Below, one piece after another: positions 51,740-64,000 of a DNA stretch of 64,000 nt. Location of the stretch: the NCBI GenBank assembly GCA_951406725.2, contig OX597823.1:25606001-25670000 (forward strand), in the 5' to 3' direction. The DNA is from Octopus vulgaris. Its lineage: Eukaryota. Position numbers and translations under genes: made by a program. Position 1 is the first letter of the stretch. Every line of letters starts with the position of its first letter. The notes beneath the pieces are model-generated. The model saw nothing but the letters and a program-made list of their open reading frames with translations. It was not told the origin of the DNA and made no database searches.

Positions 51740-53375
51740 TCATGCACTAATAACAGTGTGGTATATAATACCATAAGAACAGGATAGACACCAGCTGTTT
51801 CCACTTGATGTATTCCCAAATATTCTGCCAACAAATGTAACCAGTCTAAAACAACTCTCCCAAACTATAATAACTTCTCAACAATTTCCTGTGATTCCAT
51901 GAACTCATGAACAACACCTTTCAACTTCCAGCCATATTTTATCTCTCTCTCAGTCAAACACACTGCTACTTATACGAGTTCAGTTAGTCCATTCTAACAG
52001 GGAGTGTCATGATTCTCATTAAAACATCTCCCCTTTTGAGATTTGACTTCTGTTGGAAGTGCAATTTGTTTATTTAATTTTATTCTATTTTTTTTTTCAT
52101 CATCACCTCTCCCTTTTTTGAGATTTTATTTCCCTCAGAAGTTTTAATATGTCTTTCACTTAGGGACTATATCTAGTTGTTCTGTTTGTTTACGTTTTCT
52201 ATTACTGATCCACCTAGGTTCAACCTCTTTCAGCATTGGAACATTGAACAAATCATAAAAAACTTCCATTGATATTTCTTCTTTCTTCAACTGGTTCAAA
52301 TGTCATTTGTGCTCTCCTTTTTGACCTTTTATTATGTACATTATACAGCTTATTTTTTTTCATCACTGTACTATCCTCCCAACCTTGTGTTCATGTTAGG
52401 TGTTAACCTGTAAACCTTAAGAATTGGATTAATGCTGCATCATTGCCTAATTCATTTCCTGATATTTATAGTGCTCACTTAAAAGTGTCTATAAACCTTT
52501 CTGCTTGTCTATTTGATCTCAGTGGTTACAGTGGAGTAGAGATATGATTTATTGCATGCATCTCATAGAAAATTTTTAATTCATGTCCCCAAAACTGCAT
52601 TCCGTTATCTGATACTATGGTGTCTAGGACACTGTATTGCACAAAAAGCTCATGAAGGAACCTTATTGTTACCATCGAAGTTGACTGCCTGCATTTACAA
52701 ATCTTCAGCCAATTGGTATAGCTGTCTACTATGATCAGATAATATGTGCCATTTACCAGTCCAGCAAAATCTATACATAGCCTAGACCATGGACTGTCTG
52801 TCAGAGGCCACAATTGGAATTTCACCAGTGGTGACTTTGCTGTGAGAGCACAACCTCTGCAGGATTTCACCTATTGTTCAATATGGTCCATAGTAGGCCA
52901 ATACACATAACTCCTCATTGCTGATATCATTCTTGAAATCCCTGGATATCCCATATGAAATTCACTTAATATATGCTTTTGTAGTGTGGTTGGCACTGCA
53001 ACTCTTTGTACGTACATCAATACATTATCACATAGAGAAAAATGGTTTGCATTTCTGTTATGTGTATTTATATTTTCTTTTACCTTCAATGTTTCTTTCA
53101 TCTTTGCAATGAATTTGTCATTCTTTGATTTTAATTTTATATCTTGAACAGTTACTGGCATCTCAAATGATGTTACACAAAATGTTTTTTATTTTTATTT
53201 TTCTGCTTGTAATGGGGCTATCACCGTACCTTTTGATAATACCTTCCAATTTTGGAATTAGCCTTGATAAACAATCTGCATGGCCAAACCTCTTAGATGG
53301 TATATACTCCATCTTAGAGTCATTGTTCAACAATATTGTACTCCAGTAAGTATTTGCTGTATGAGTAGGAATTCA
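51740..53375 (-). mobile_element. Gypsy LTR retrotransposon remnant (RNase H end, integrase, PPT, probable 3' LTR)
   Basis: FGHADCLSRL; ILSEFHMGYPGISRMISAMRSYVYWPTM; PWSRLCIDFAG..YLIIVDSY..TIVSDNGMQF; PPT aaaaggggaga abutting TG at about 52026. Confidence 0.85.
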
Positions 53376-53379
53376 GGTT

Positions 53380-54025
53380 ACAAGTAGAGGTCCATCAAGG
53401 ATCAGTCCTCAGACCCCTCTTGTTTTTCATAGTCCTCCAAGCAATAACAGACGTATTTAAGACAGACTGCCCCTAGGAGCTCCTCTATGCTGATGACCTT
53501 GTTCTTATAACCGAATCACTATCAGAACTAAAGAAGAAGTTTCAGCTATGGAAGCAAGGTCTAGAATGGAATGACTTTAGAGTTAACCTAGCAAAAACCA
53601 AAGTTGCGGTAAGTAGGAAGGTAGATAAATCACAAATCCCTTCTGTAGAAAAGGTGTCAGTAGAAACTCTATAAGATGTACCCAGTGTAAGCTATGGACA
53701 CATAAGAGATACAGGAATATTAGAGGAAGGTTAACAGAGAAAATAGTTATTGTGTGTGGAAGATGCATAGGTAACACCGAAAATGTACAGAAAATAGACT
53801 CCATCAACTGCCAGTGGGGTAAGCTAGAAGTAGTAGATAGCTTCCGTTATCAAGGTAACCAAGTTAGTAGTGGACATGGATGCTCCAAGAGTGTATCTGT
53901 GACAAAAGGATTAGGCTGAGTAAAGTTCAGAGGGCTCCTACCTCTGCTGGCAACAAAGGGCCTCTCCCTCAGAATGAAAGGCAGATTGTATGATGACTGT
54001 ATATGAACAGCTATGCTCTATGGCA
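53380..54025 (+). mobile_element. RTE-clade LINE RT fragment
   Basis: VHQGSVL.PLLF, ELLYADDLVL, RVNLAKTK; KGRLYDDCI near the end. Confidence 0.85.
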
Positions 54026-54097
54026 CATCCAACAGGTTATAGTAATAAGAAAAAGAAATGAGAAATTAAATGCCTGTATTATTAAACCAATACTCGC

Positions 54098-54191
54098 AGC
54101 AGAAAAACACCCAATGGCCATGTAAGTTGTACACCACTGGAAGCCAACACTGTCCATAAGAAATCCACTTAAAGATGGTCCAACGAATTCA
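54098..54191 (-). pseudogene. SLC18B1: SLC18B1-like copy B exon (EFVGPSLSGFLMDSVGFQWCTTYMAIGCFSA)
   Basis: Acceptor gttctttcag; GPxLxGFL..GFxW motif; probable donor is non-canonical GCT|GCGAGT after 94 nt. Confidence 0.85.
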
Positions 54192-55104
54192 CTGAAAGAA
54201 CACAATTACTAATAGGTGAGAATTATGTATGCAGGTCAATTCAAAATGAATCTCTTCCATATAATCATGTAAACCAATACTACTAGCTTTATTGTGAAGC
54301 AGTCAGCAAGTAAACCAACAATAGCCAAAGAGTCTCACTTAGGTATGTGAATGACAGAGGGAGAATATTAGTTCGATGGCAAATATCATTTACCCTATTT
54401 TGACAAGTATGGAGACAACTTCTGACATATTTCAATCTTATTAAACCTCTTCAGGAAAGTATAGTCATCAGTGAACTTGCAAAAGTAGTAGTGAGGGATC
54501 AACATCATCATCATCATCATCATTTAACATCCCCTTTTCTATGCTTGCATCAGTCAGATGAAATTTGTTGAAGCAGAGTTTCTACAGTTAGATGCCTTCC
54601 TGTCACCAACTCTCACCTGTTTCCAAGCAAAATCATATTTCCCTTTTGCCAGACACATTTGTCATGCAAGACCAGAAATGAACAGCACCAGTCATACGAC
54701 AGTGATGCAGGTTAATAATCAGCACATGATATCAAGACAAGGTTACACACATACACACTCACTGCATATATGTATACACAGCTGATTTTTTTCTGATGTG
54801 TGCTCCAATATCTGCTTTGGCATGGTTTCTATGGCTGAATGCCCATCCTAACACTAACCACTTTACAGCATACACTGGTTGCTTTTTTGTGCCACTAGCA
54901 TTAATGAAGTTGCCATGCAGTTCGCAGGGCTATGAACCCTGGGAGAGAAGAGGTATCAGCTTCATGCTAGGGGACAAGGGAGTTTCTATGAGAGTGCGGT
55001 AGAGCAGGATCCTGCAGAGGGATCTTCTTTTTCTACCTTCAGTGTTTCTGTTCATGGTTTACGCTGGTTGTATATTTACTACAATGATACTGATCAAACC
55101 GTGT

Positions 55105-56032
55105 AGGCACGTGGTTTAGTGGTTAGGGTGTCAGGATCATAATCGTAAGGTTGTGGTTTCAATTCCTGGACCGGGTGATGTGTTGTGTTCTTGAGCAAGA
55201 CACTTCATTTCATGTTGCTCCAGTCCACTCAGCTGGCAAAAATAAATAACGTTGCGATGGACTGGCATCCCATCCAGCTGGGGAACACATACGCCACTGA
55301 AACCAGGAAACCGAGCCCATGAGCCTGGCTAGGCTTTAAAAGGGTGCATTTATTTTGTGGAGGCACATGGCCTAGTGGTTAGAGTTGCGGACTTGTGGTT
55401 GAGGGATTACAGGTTCGAATCTCAGACTGGACGATGTGTGTGTTTATGAGCGAAACACCTAAGCTCCATGCGGCTCTGGCAGAAGGTAATGGCAAAACTT
55501 CTGCTGACTCTTTCGCCACAACTTTCTCTCACTCTTTCTTCCTGCATCTTGCAGCTCATCTGCAATGGGCTGGCGTCCCATCCAGGTGGGGAACCTATAC
55601 GCCAAGAAACCGGGAAACCGGCCCTTATGAGCCAGGCATGGCTCGAAAAGGAACAAACAACTGATCAAACCACAATTTACTGATACTTAATTTTCTTTTA
55701 TGCCATATCACATCAGATTCTTCTTTTATGGAAAAACATATCATAGCAGTGAAATCAATGTCAATATATATAAAAATAAAATAATAAATGTACCATTTTA
55801 AAACCTAGCCAGGCTCATGGGCCCAGTTTTCCGGTTCTATGGTGTATGTGTTCCCCAGCTGGATGGGACACCAGTCCATTGCAGCATTACTCATTTGCCA
55901 GTTGAGTGGACTGGAGCAATGTGAAATGAAGTGTTTTGCTCAAAAACACAACATGTCGCCTGGTCCAGGAATTGAAACCACAATCTTATGATCATGATGC
56001 TGACACCCTATCCACTAAGCCATGCACCTCCA
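55105..56032. mobile_element. SINE cluster: two plus-strand copies (55105-55345, 55360-55655) and one minus-strand copy (55795-56032)
   Basis: tRNA-like heads tggtttagtggttag and tggcctagtggttag; core ttgagcaagacacttcatttc..gctccagtccactcagctg; the outer copies are inverted relative to each other. Confidence 0.85.
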
Positions 56033-56110
56033 CCAATACATACAAACTATAATTAAATATGGAATAACATAACAGATCAATATGGTAAATGAATCAATCC
56101 AACAACCTAC

Positions 56111-56185
56111 CCGAATGCATACATTGATCCCCAAATACCAGATACTAATCCATATGTACTGGAACATTTTTGTAGTCCTGCTTCT
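56111..56185 (-). pseudogene. SLC18B1: SLC18B1-like copy B exon (EAGLQKCSSTYGLVSGIWGSMYAFG)
   Basis: Acceptor ctttgttatag, donor GG|GTAGGT; 75 nt; STxGLVSG family signature. Confidence 0.9.
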
Positions 56186-57114
56186 CTATAACAAAGGAAA
56201 GAAATATTATGACATCGTTAATGTATTATTAGGATAGGATTATTCAAAGAATATGTGAACATAGCTACAACATAATGAGTCCCATAATCTAATTGAGTGT
56301 TGGGGCCCTTTTGAAGATTTCATCATCATATAAATATATCTAGGATAAGTCAGCTTTGTTAACATGAGCCCTTCTCCAAAGAAGTTAAACTCAGCACAAC
56401 AAAATAATAAAAGAACAGTAAATCTTGATGCTGCTGTTGCTGATAGTATACAATAGTATAATATGCCTTACAGTTTACAGTTAGGTGTACTGAACCAATG
56501 AGAATGAATGAAAAGACAAGAAAAATTCTTTGCACCTGGTTGTCTCATGCCATAGTGACTCATCTACTGAAATAAAAAATTTTAAATGGAGTGTAGCCAA
56601 CATCTGGCAATAATAACTGTTAATTCTTCTATAATACATGTCTTCCTTTATATATTTAGTTAAATTTTTGCATGAATATAAAAACTTTGCAAATGAGAGG
56701 TGCTAATTGTCTTACCAATGATAATTAATATTATATGTGAAATTAACTTGCTATAATCTCTGATTTAAAATTACTACCGTTAACCCTTCAAGGTCATATC
56801 AGACCCAAATATTCTACCTGTTTTATGTTCAAACTGACCAGATCAGGCTTCTCACTCCTACCCTGCAATGTCATTCTAAAAGCTACAAGATGATGTATGA
56901 TAAACTCAAAACAGCATGAATAAATAAGGATTACATTTGACAAAGTAACCTGAATGCTAAAGGGTTAAACTTCTTATGTAGCTCACTATTGCCAGTATTC
57001 TTTCCAAATCACTTAGGAAAATCAAATTTGTAAAATAAAAATATCTCTTAGCCAAGGAATTTAGGGATAAAAACCAAAAGAATCTATGGACAGAAATGAA
57101 TGATAACTACTTAC

Positions 57115-57210
57115 ATTGCAAGTTCTAGAAGCATGTTATATGTTGGTAGAACTGTGAGACTTACAAATATACCAAGTAATGCAAGGCATATGATATTTTA
57201 CCACAAAAGA
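57115..57210 (-). pseudogene. SLC18B1: SLC18B1-like copy B exon (LLW*NIICLALLGIFVSLTVLPTYNMLLELA) with in-frame TAA
   Basis: Acceptor tttcttttcag, donor AT|GTAAGT; 96 nt, phase 2-2; aligns by eye to QLW...IPTFPEILSCA; stop at 57198-57200. Confidence 0.8.
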
Positions 57211-57339
57211 CTGAAAAGAAAGAAAGAATAAGACACATTAGAAATAATATGAATTAACTATTGACAGTTTAATGTAAATTGATATTAGATATTATATGGC
57301 CTTGTGCCAAAATTTGAAACCGATATTAGATATTATAAA

Positions 57340-58365
57340 AGGTGGCAAAAATGTTAGCACGTCTTTACATTCTGGGTTGAAATTCCACTGAGGTCGACTT
57401 TGCCTTTCATCCTTTCAGGGTCAATAAATTAAGTACCAGTTGCGTACTGGAGTCGATCTAATCGACTGGCTCCCTCCACAAAAATTTTGGGCATTGTGCC
57501 TAGAGCAGAAAAAAATATTAGATATTATAAACAATAAATTGAAACAAAAAAAAGAAGAAAAGATCTACTAAAGCATCTGTCACTTTCTATGTGACTAATC
57601 TGCATTGCAATCGATTCTACCGTCACCTAATAATTGACAGGTATGTGGTTCAAATCCTATCTGTGAGCCTGTTTTTCTTTTTTTTTCGTTTTTACTTACA
57701 TTTTGCTCTAGATAAAGGAGTAGTATCCATAACCTTTGCAGGACCTCTGGCATCAGTGTAATTGTAATTGATGCAATTAACATCTTAAATTAATACTACA
57801 GGGTGCAGCAGAAAGACTGCCCAATTTTCAAGGTTAATAAAATACAAACACATGAAGATGCATGAAAAAAGATTGGGCATCACCACTTGCTTTTTCTTGT
57901 ACCTTCATGTGTTTGTTTTTTATTAACCTTTAACATCAGGGTAACCTTTCTGCTACACCCTGTATTTAAAATGCTGTCTTATAGGTGCAGGCATGACTAT
58001 GAGATTAAAAGCTTGCTTATCAACCACATTGTTCCAGATTCAGTGACACCGTGTGGCATCTTGGGCAAGCATCTTCCACCATAGCATCAGGTCCACCAAA
58101 GCATTGTTAGTGGATTTGGTAGAGAGAAACTGAAAGAAGCCCATCATGTCTGTGTGTCTGTGTTTCTCCCCTACCACCACTTGACAACCAGTGTTTGTGT
58201 GTTTACATTCACATAATTTAGCAGATCAGCAAAAGAGATTGATAGAATGAGCACCATGCATAATAAAAAGAGTACTGGGGTCAATACATTTGACTAAACA
58301 CCTTCTAGGTGATTCCCCAACATGGCAGCAGTCTAATTAATGACTGAAACAAATAGAAGATAAAT
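57340..58365 (+). mobile_element. Two SINE copies (57340-57515 and 57984-58365)
   Basis: Match the two SINE families seen at 700-1100 and 41530. Confidence 0.8.
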
Positions 58366-58551
58366 GAAAAAAAGGATTATTTATATAACCATTAACAGTA
58401 TAGTAGACATAATTCTGAAGTGTTTCTGTAAATTATATCCTACAGGGAATGCATTGGCCATTGAAAATTTGCCTCAATGAACTGTCTGACACATGCAAGT
58501 ATAAAAAAGTGGATACTAAAATATGTGAGTACATATATAGATAATATACAT

Positions 58552-58633
<82 letters not shown>

Positions 58634-59224
58634 TGTGTACGTGTGTGTTCATTCTTTCTTTTAACTTTTAGTTTGTTTTAGACTGGCCACCTTCCTGAAA
58701 AAGGAAATTGTCATCATCTCGTGTAAGTGCATATCCTTTGAATTATGAGAATGTTTTACAAATTTTGAAGGCTCCAGATATCACAAACATTTGTAGCTGA
58801 TGAATTAAGGGGCTATGTTGTTTCTTCAGAAATCCAAGACCAAGTTATACTTTATCCAGGCAGGCTGGTATGTAATCTGTAGCTCCAACAATAACAAGTA
58901 TGGAGATAAATGTGCATCTTGCATATTGGATCGGAAAACTTCTCATCAATGGTCTTTAAGTATCTTCCCTCTTTTGCATTTTTCTTACCAAACTGACATC
59001 AAGTGGGCAACTGGTTTTCTATGACAAAGCGTGCTTATAATGAGTGTTCACAAGCAATAATATCAGGCTGGCTGCAGTTTTTATTTTTAGGTTCTACCAG
59101 TTTTCCTTTGAGCTGTCTGTCTCAGCACTTTCCTTTTTATTTTTGTCTTCTGCAAGGGCATTCCATTTTGTTCTAGCTAACACATCATGTCTCATAGGGA
59201 AGTAGTAATGAGACAACATTCTTT

Positions 59225-60452
59225 CACAGTTGGCAATAATGTGGCTAACATGCTCAATTTTATTTTGCACAACTGATATTTTTTGTCAACTGATAACCTT
59301 CCTTTAGCCATCTTTGTAGGAACTTCATTATTCCACATTCATAGAACTTCAGGTCCTTATCAGCCATAAACTGAAGCAAGTGCAAATTCTGTTCATCATC
59401 ATTGTTGAAAGTTTTAACATTCAAAGAATTTTGCAAATTTCGAAATAAGTGGTAATCTGTTGGTGCAAGGTCAGTGCTATATGGTGAATGTGACATCACT
59501 TCCCAACCAAGCACCAATAATTTTCACAAGTTAGCAAAGATGTGCATGGCCTAGCGTTGTCATGGTGGAACTTAATATCTTTAAGATTTGACAATTCTGG
59601 CCATTTTTCTTTGACTGCTTCCTCTTGTTTCATTAGTTGTTGACAGTAAACATCTGTATTGATCGTTTGGTTCTTTGGAAGCAGCTCCAAATACACAACA
59701 CCTTTGTAATCCCACAAAATTGACAGCATGACCTTTTTTTGATGCAATTCTGTTTTTGATGTGGTTTGTGCTGGTTCATTACGCTTGGACCATGATCATT
59801 TTCGATTGATGTTATTGTAGACAATCCATTTTTCATCATCAGTGATGATTCTGTTCAAAATAAGGTCGATTTCATTACGTTCAGATGCATATCACAAATA
59901 TTGATTCATTGTGTTAAGTGAAACTCTTTCAATTTCTGTGGAACCCAAATATTGTGCTTCTTAACAAGTCCAAGACATTTTAAGTGATTTTCAGTTGTTA
60001 TGATATATTTAACCTCTCTACACAGTTATGACATTTAGATTCAATTATGGCTTTGATTCGGTCATCATCAATTTCAGTAGGTCGACCAGAACGTTGGTCA
60101 TCTTTGAGTGAAAAATCTCCTGAACATAATTTTTAAAACCTCTCTGTGATGTGCATTCTGTTAAGCAATCAATACCATAAACTTCACATATCTCTTTGTG
60201 AGCCTCAGCAGCTTTCTTGCCTTTACGAAAATAAAAAAGAAAAATATGGCAAAAATGTTCGTTTTTGCACTCAATGTTAAAATTGACATTGAACTAACAG
60301 CTGTAAACAAAATTATGTGCAATTTGCTTCTAAAATAAAGTAAAAGTAAAAGCTGTCAAAAGGAAAAAAGTCATGACACTGACAAAAGTCATTCAAAACA
60401 GTCGTAACTTTATCTGTTTACAAAAACAAAATTACTTTCTTGCCAACCCAGT
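59225..60452 (-). mobile_element. Degenerate mariner element
   Basis: KKVMLSILWDYKGVVYLELL, FHHDNARP, HSPYSTDLAPTDYHLF (D,D34D type); TIR-like tactgggttggcaagaaagt at 60433-60452. Confidence 0.9.
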
Positions 60453-60539
60453 ATGTGATGTAACACTATGTATGTATGTCTCTTCTGTTTTTCATCATTT
60501 AAATTTCTCCTCTGAAGAAGGATCTAGTTTCTAACAATG

Positions 60540-60845
60540 ATACAAAACTTCATCTTTGGAATGTATATAACAAAAATAATGTCACATTTTAAATCTGAGA
60601 AAGGTCTTTCATAGTTTTTTGTTCCACTTACAGATTGTATTTGTAATGTATGAATCAGTTGGTTGATTGCTTTTTCTGAAAGTTCAAGCTTATCCAGACT
60701 GACAGTTAGGCATTTACTTACAAAACCAAGTGCTCCAATTATTATTGGTATAAATATAAATTTGTAATTGGGATATAGAAACGGAAAGTTTAGAAGTAGT
60801 TGTCTATAGTTATCCTCTTTTTCTTTGATTTTCAGGATGTAAGGA
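60540..60845 (-). mobile_element. REL-type LINE C-terminal fragment
   Basis: KIKEKEDNYRQLL..LYPNYKFIFIPIIIGALGFV..LQIQSVSGT; a similar fragment lies at about 58740-58960. Confidence 0.7.
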
Positions 60846-60846
60846 C

Positions 60847-60927
<81 letters not shown>
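60847..60927 (+). repeat. (GATA)n tract forming the 3' tail or target of the adjacent LINE
   Basis: About 20 units; on the minus strand it follows AATAAA (60932-60937) within a few nt. Confidence 0.95.
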
Positions 60928-60928
<1 letters not shown>

Positions 60929-63900
60929 CTTTTTATTGTAGCCACACAGGGCTAAACACAGAATAAAAATGGACGAAATACAATGTAGAATTTTTTTCTT
61001 TTCGAGGTGGGATGGGTGGGGCAAGAAAAAAAAAAAAAAAAAAACGTTTGATCAATAGGGATCTGTGGGTTGTGTGGTGTATAAAAAAGCAATATATATA
61101 TATATATAAGGTTCACAGTTTAGGTGTAGTCTTGGAAAGAAAAACCTACAAAAAAGACCAAGGTCACCTCAGGCAATTCGAAAAAGAACACATGAGTAAG
61201 TCGCCTTACTTCTCGTTGTCTCTTTTGGTTACAGATTTTTGCTTAAAATAGTGTCGTCTTTCATACTGACCATTTTTGCCACTTTTACCCACTTTTTATT
61301 AAAACATTCGTTCGACAAAGCCTTCCTCTCTATTCTCATCCTCCTTTTCAAGTGGTACTTGAAAAAGTTGACGAGAGACTGACCAGAGAGGAAGGTGTTT
61401 GTTTGTAGTCCTTTCAAACGCGTCTACCACACACATTCTTTCGCCATAGCCATCAGCGTAACGAAAACCGTTTTCCCTTCCCGTTTAAAGGAAGGTGGTG
61501 GAACAATATTCACAATAGACTCGGCCGATAGGCGAGCCTGACCTACACGTGACAACAGCTGTTCGACGAAGGACCACAGCTCTGAAATATCTGGACACTG
61601 CACGAGTGCGTGCAGAACGGTTTCGTCGCTCTGACCGCATCTCGGGCAGGTCGGTCCGGTGATGGTTTTCGAACCGTGTCTGTAGCTCTTCTCTCGAACA
61701 GGTAGTGCGTCTCGATAGCACTGCCAAGCCAGGGATTTCTGGAAGTTATCCATAGGCCCCGGCCCGAACGTCGTCCTGAACAGGCGGGTTAGGAATTCCT
61801 CGTCGACGCCCAGGTTTGCCCCGAGTGTGTCGTCGGACCTCCCCTCCACTAGTGCTCTATAGAACGCTTTAGTCGTTTGGAAGCTGCACAAGTTTGACCC
61901 CGGTAAGCAGAGCTGCTGTAGAGCTTGGCGACACTCTCGGTGCCAATCGCCCAGTTTCGGTCTCTTTTTGATCCACGTTTGCAGTTCGGTCAGTGAGACG
62001 AGCTGCGGGAAGTTGCGCCTCACAAACGGCGCCCACACCTGTTCACCGTCGTCGATGAATTTCCAGAGATGTCGCAGTCTCAGCGCATGCCTGCGCATCA
62101 TCAACCACGGCATGCCCAGTCCTCCATTCAACGGATGTTGACAGCAAATGGACTTCCTCACCATCGGAACGCCACCCTTCCACAGGAAGCGGAAGAGTAT
62201 GCGTTCCAGTTTGGTGATGGTGGCGTCGGTACAAGGTACGACGGTCAGGCGGTAATCGATGACGGATGCGATGTACGCGTTCGCCACCTCCGCCCGGCCT
62301 TTTAGAGACAGCTTTCTCTCGGCCCATGTTTGGCTGAGAGCGACCACTCTACTCGTGATCTCGTCCCAGTTCTTATCCATTTGGAGGTCCGGACTGAACC
62401 AGACCCCGAGCAATTTAACCTGTCCGTCCGTCCAGCGTCCCACTACTGAGCCGCAGTCGGACGGCATGGGCTTGCTTCTCCAGGTGCCGAGTAGCAAACC
62501 CACTGACTTTTCCGGGTTAATCTTTGCTCCCGTCACCGTTTCGTATTTTCTTAGTGTCTCGCCGACCAGCTCGATGTGCTCGTAGCTCGACACTATGACG
62601 GTGACATCGTCCGCATATGCCGACACGCTCGTCCCGCAACCCAGTTCCCGTGGGATGCCCCTCAGTGTCGCCAGCTTCCGCAGTAGCGGCTCGAGAGTCA
62701 ATACATACAGAAGCGCCGACAGGGGACACCCCTGACGGACAGAACGCGTGATGTCAAACGGTTTAGACAGGTGACCGTTCACCCGAATCACCGATCGGAT
62801 GCCGCTATACAAGGCAGCGATCCAACCGCGGAAGACGGGACCGAAGCCAGCCGCCCTGAGGACGGCCGCCAAGTACCGATGGTCGACCCTATCGAAGGCT
62901 TTAGACTGATCCAAATTTATCAGCGCCCCACCCATGCCAGGATGATTAACTACCCTGTCCACAATTTAGCGCATCAGATGGAGGTTGTCATGTATGGTTC
63001 TGCCCGGCACGGCGCATGTTTGCGCCCTGTCGACCAGTTTACCAATGACAAGCGCCAATCTCTCGGCTATTACTTTGGCCAAAATTTTCAAATCTGCGTT
63101 GAGCAGAGTGATGGGCCTGAAATTATCTATAAAATTCCCCTTGTTTGAGTCTTTCTTCAGCAACGTCACTGCACCTCGGCTCACGAAACCGGGGATTCTC
63201 CCGTTTTGTTGCCAGTTGCAGTAGACTGATGCCAAGAGGTCGCCAAACAAGTCTGGCATTCGACAATACAGCTCGTAGGGTAAACCATCCAATCCAGGCG
63301 ACTTATCCCTCGGGCAGCCCGCCATCGCATCCCACACGTCAGCGGCTGTGATGGGACTTTCACAACACTCCGCTTCTCTTGCCGAGAGCTGCGGCAGGTC
63401 GGTCAGGTAGGCACTGAAATCCATCCCTCGTTCCGACCCACCACTCGCACCAAACAGTCGAGCAAAGTGCTGTTGAAAGGCCTCACACATCCTTTCGGGT
63501 TCGAGTAAACTGCATCCCTGTTGATCTATTAGAGACCGAATGGTTGATCTGTTGCCACGCTGCGCCTCCGCTACCCGGGCCTCTCGCGCAGCTTCAATCC
63601 CTTCGTTCCTTAAGGCACGCATTTTAGCTCTGACGACGCAACCTTCGTGCTTGGCGTTGAGGTGTTGGTCGAGGGCCATCCTCGCAGCCAGCACGTTGGT
63701 TGCGCTGCCAGTGGTAAGTGCCTCTTCTAGTTTCTTAACTAAGTCTCCCTCTACTCTATTTCGTTCTATCGCTAATTCCTTGCTAAACCTAATTGATTCC
63801 GATTTTATTGCCATTTTCAGGGCGTACCACCAGCGGTTGTTAACGACCGCTCCCGTCAGCGCCCTCTTAATTAACTCGCTAATCCGGTTCCTGTAAACCT

Positions 63901-64000
63901 GTCGCGCTAACAGCGACGTGTTCAGTTTCCAGTAACCGGGACCCTGCCTATGTGTTTTATCTAAGTCGAGCGTACACGTAACAAATTTGTGATCTGTGTA
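60928..64000 (-). mobile_element. Young L1/Tx1-type LINE: ORF2 (APE end, RT, zinc finger) plus 3' UTR; extends beyond the window
   Basis: One frame from 64000 to 61229, interrupted only by TAA (62966-62968) and TAG (61424-61426); TDHK, GPGYWKLN, RQGCPLS, SAYADDVT, CPRC..ETVLHALVQC. Confidence 0.97.

Noticed and set aside
55360-55430. tRNA-like sequence (also at 2503, 41530 and 55105)
   Set aside because: SINE heads with A/B boxes that run into SINE cores; no complete cloverleaf.
57700-57783. Candidate upstream exon of copy B (donor AAT|GTAAGT)
   Set aside because: The phase-compatible frame contains a stop, and similarity to the expected LLGP..L segment is unconvincing.

Overview
AT-rich, microsatellite- and transposon-dense eukaryotic DNA. 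The SINE families, Penelope-like elements (PLEs) and (ATGT)n/(TA)n content resemble an Octopus genome; this is an inference from recognised repeats, not a search result. The only host gene I can support is an SLC18B1-like MFS transporter on the minus strand, present as two tandem paralogs. Copy A: 7 phase-compatible GT-AG exons assembled by eye (23927 down to 1149, 816 nt, 272 open codons), continuing past the left edge and strongly divergent at family motifs. Copy B: only 3' exons (57210 down to 54098), with an in-frame TAA and a GC donor, probably a pseudogene. The rest is TE-derived: four L1/Tx1-type LINE copies, several PLEs (RT plus GIY-YIG, inverted pseudo-LTRs), Merlin, two mariners, pogo/Tigger, Gypsy, RTE and REL-type LINE remnants, and tRNA-derived SINEs. 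Best leads: (1) minimal hammerhead ribozymes with a compensated U3-A8 core; (2) two insertions whose target duplications copy a splice donor of the same gene; (3) a PLE GIY-YIG domain split by about 860 nt of mucin-like sequence; (4) a head-to-head LINE pair bracketed by inverted repeats; (5) dense long hairpins in intron 2. No CRISPR, rRNA or real tRNA genes were seen. Repeat boundaries are approximate; exon boundaries were checked base by base.
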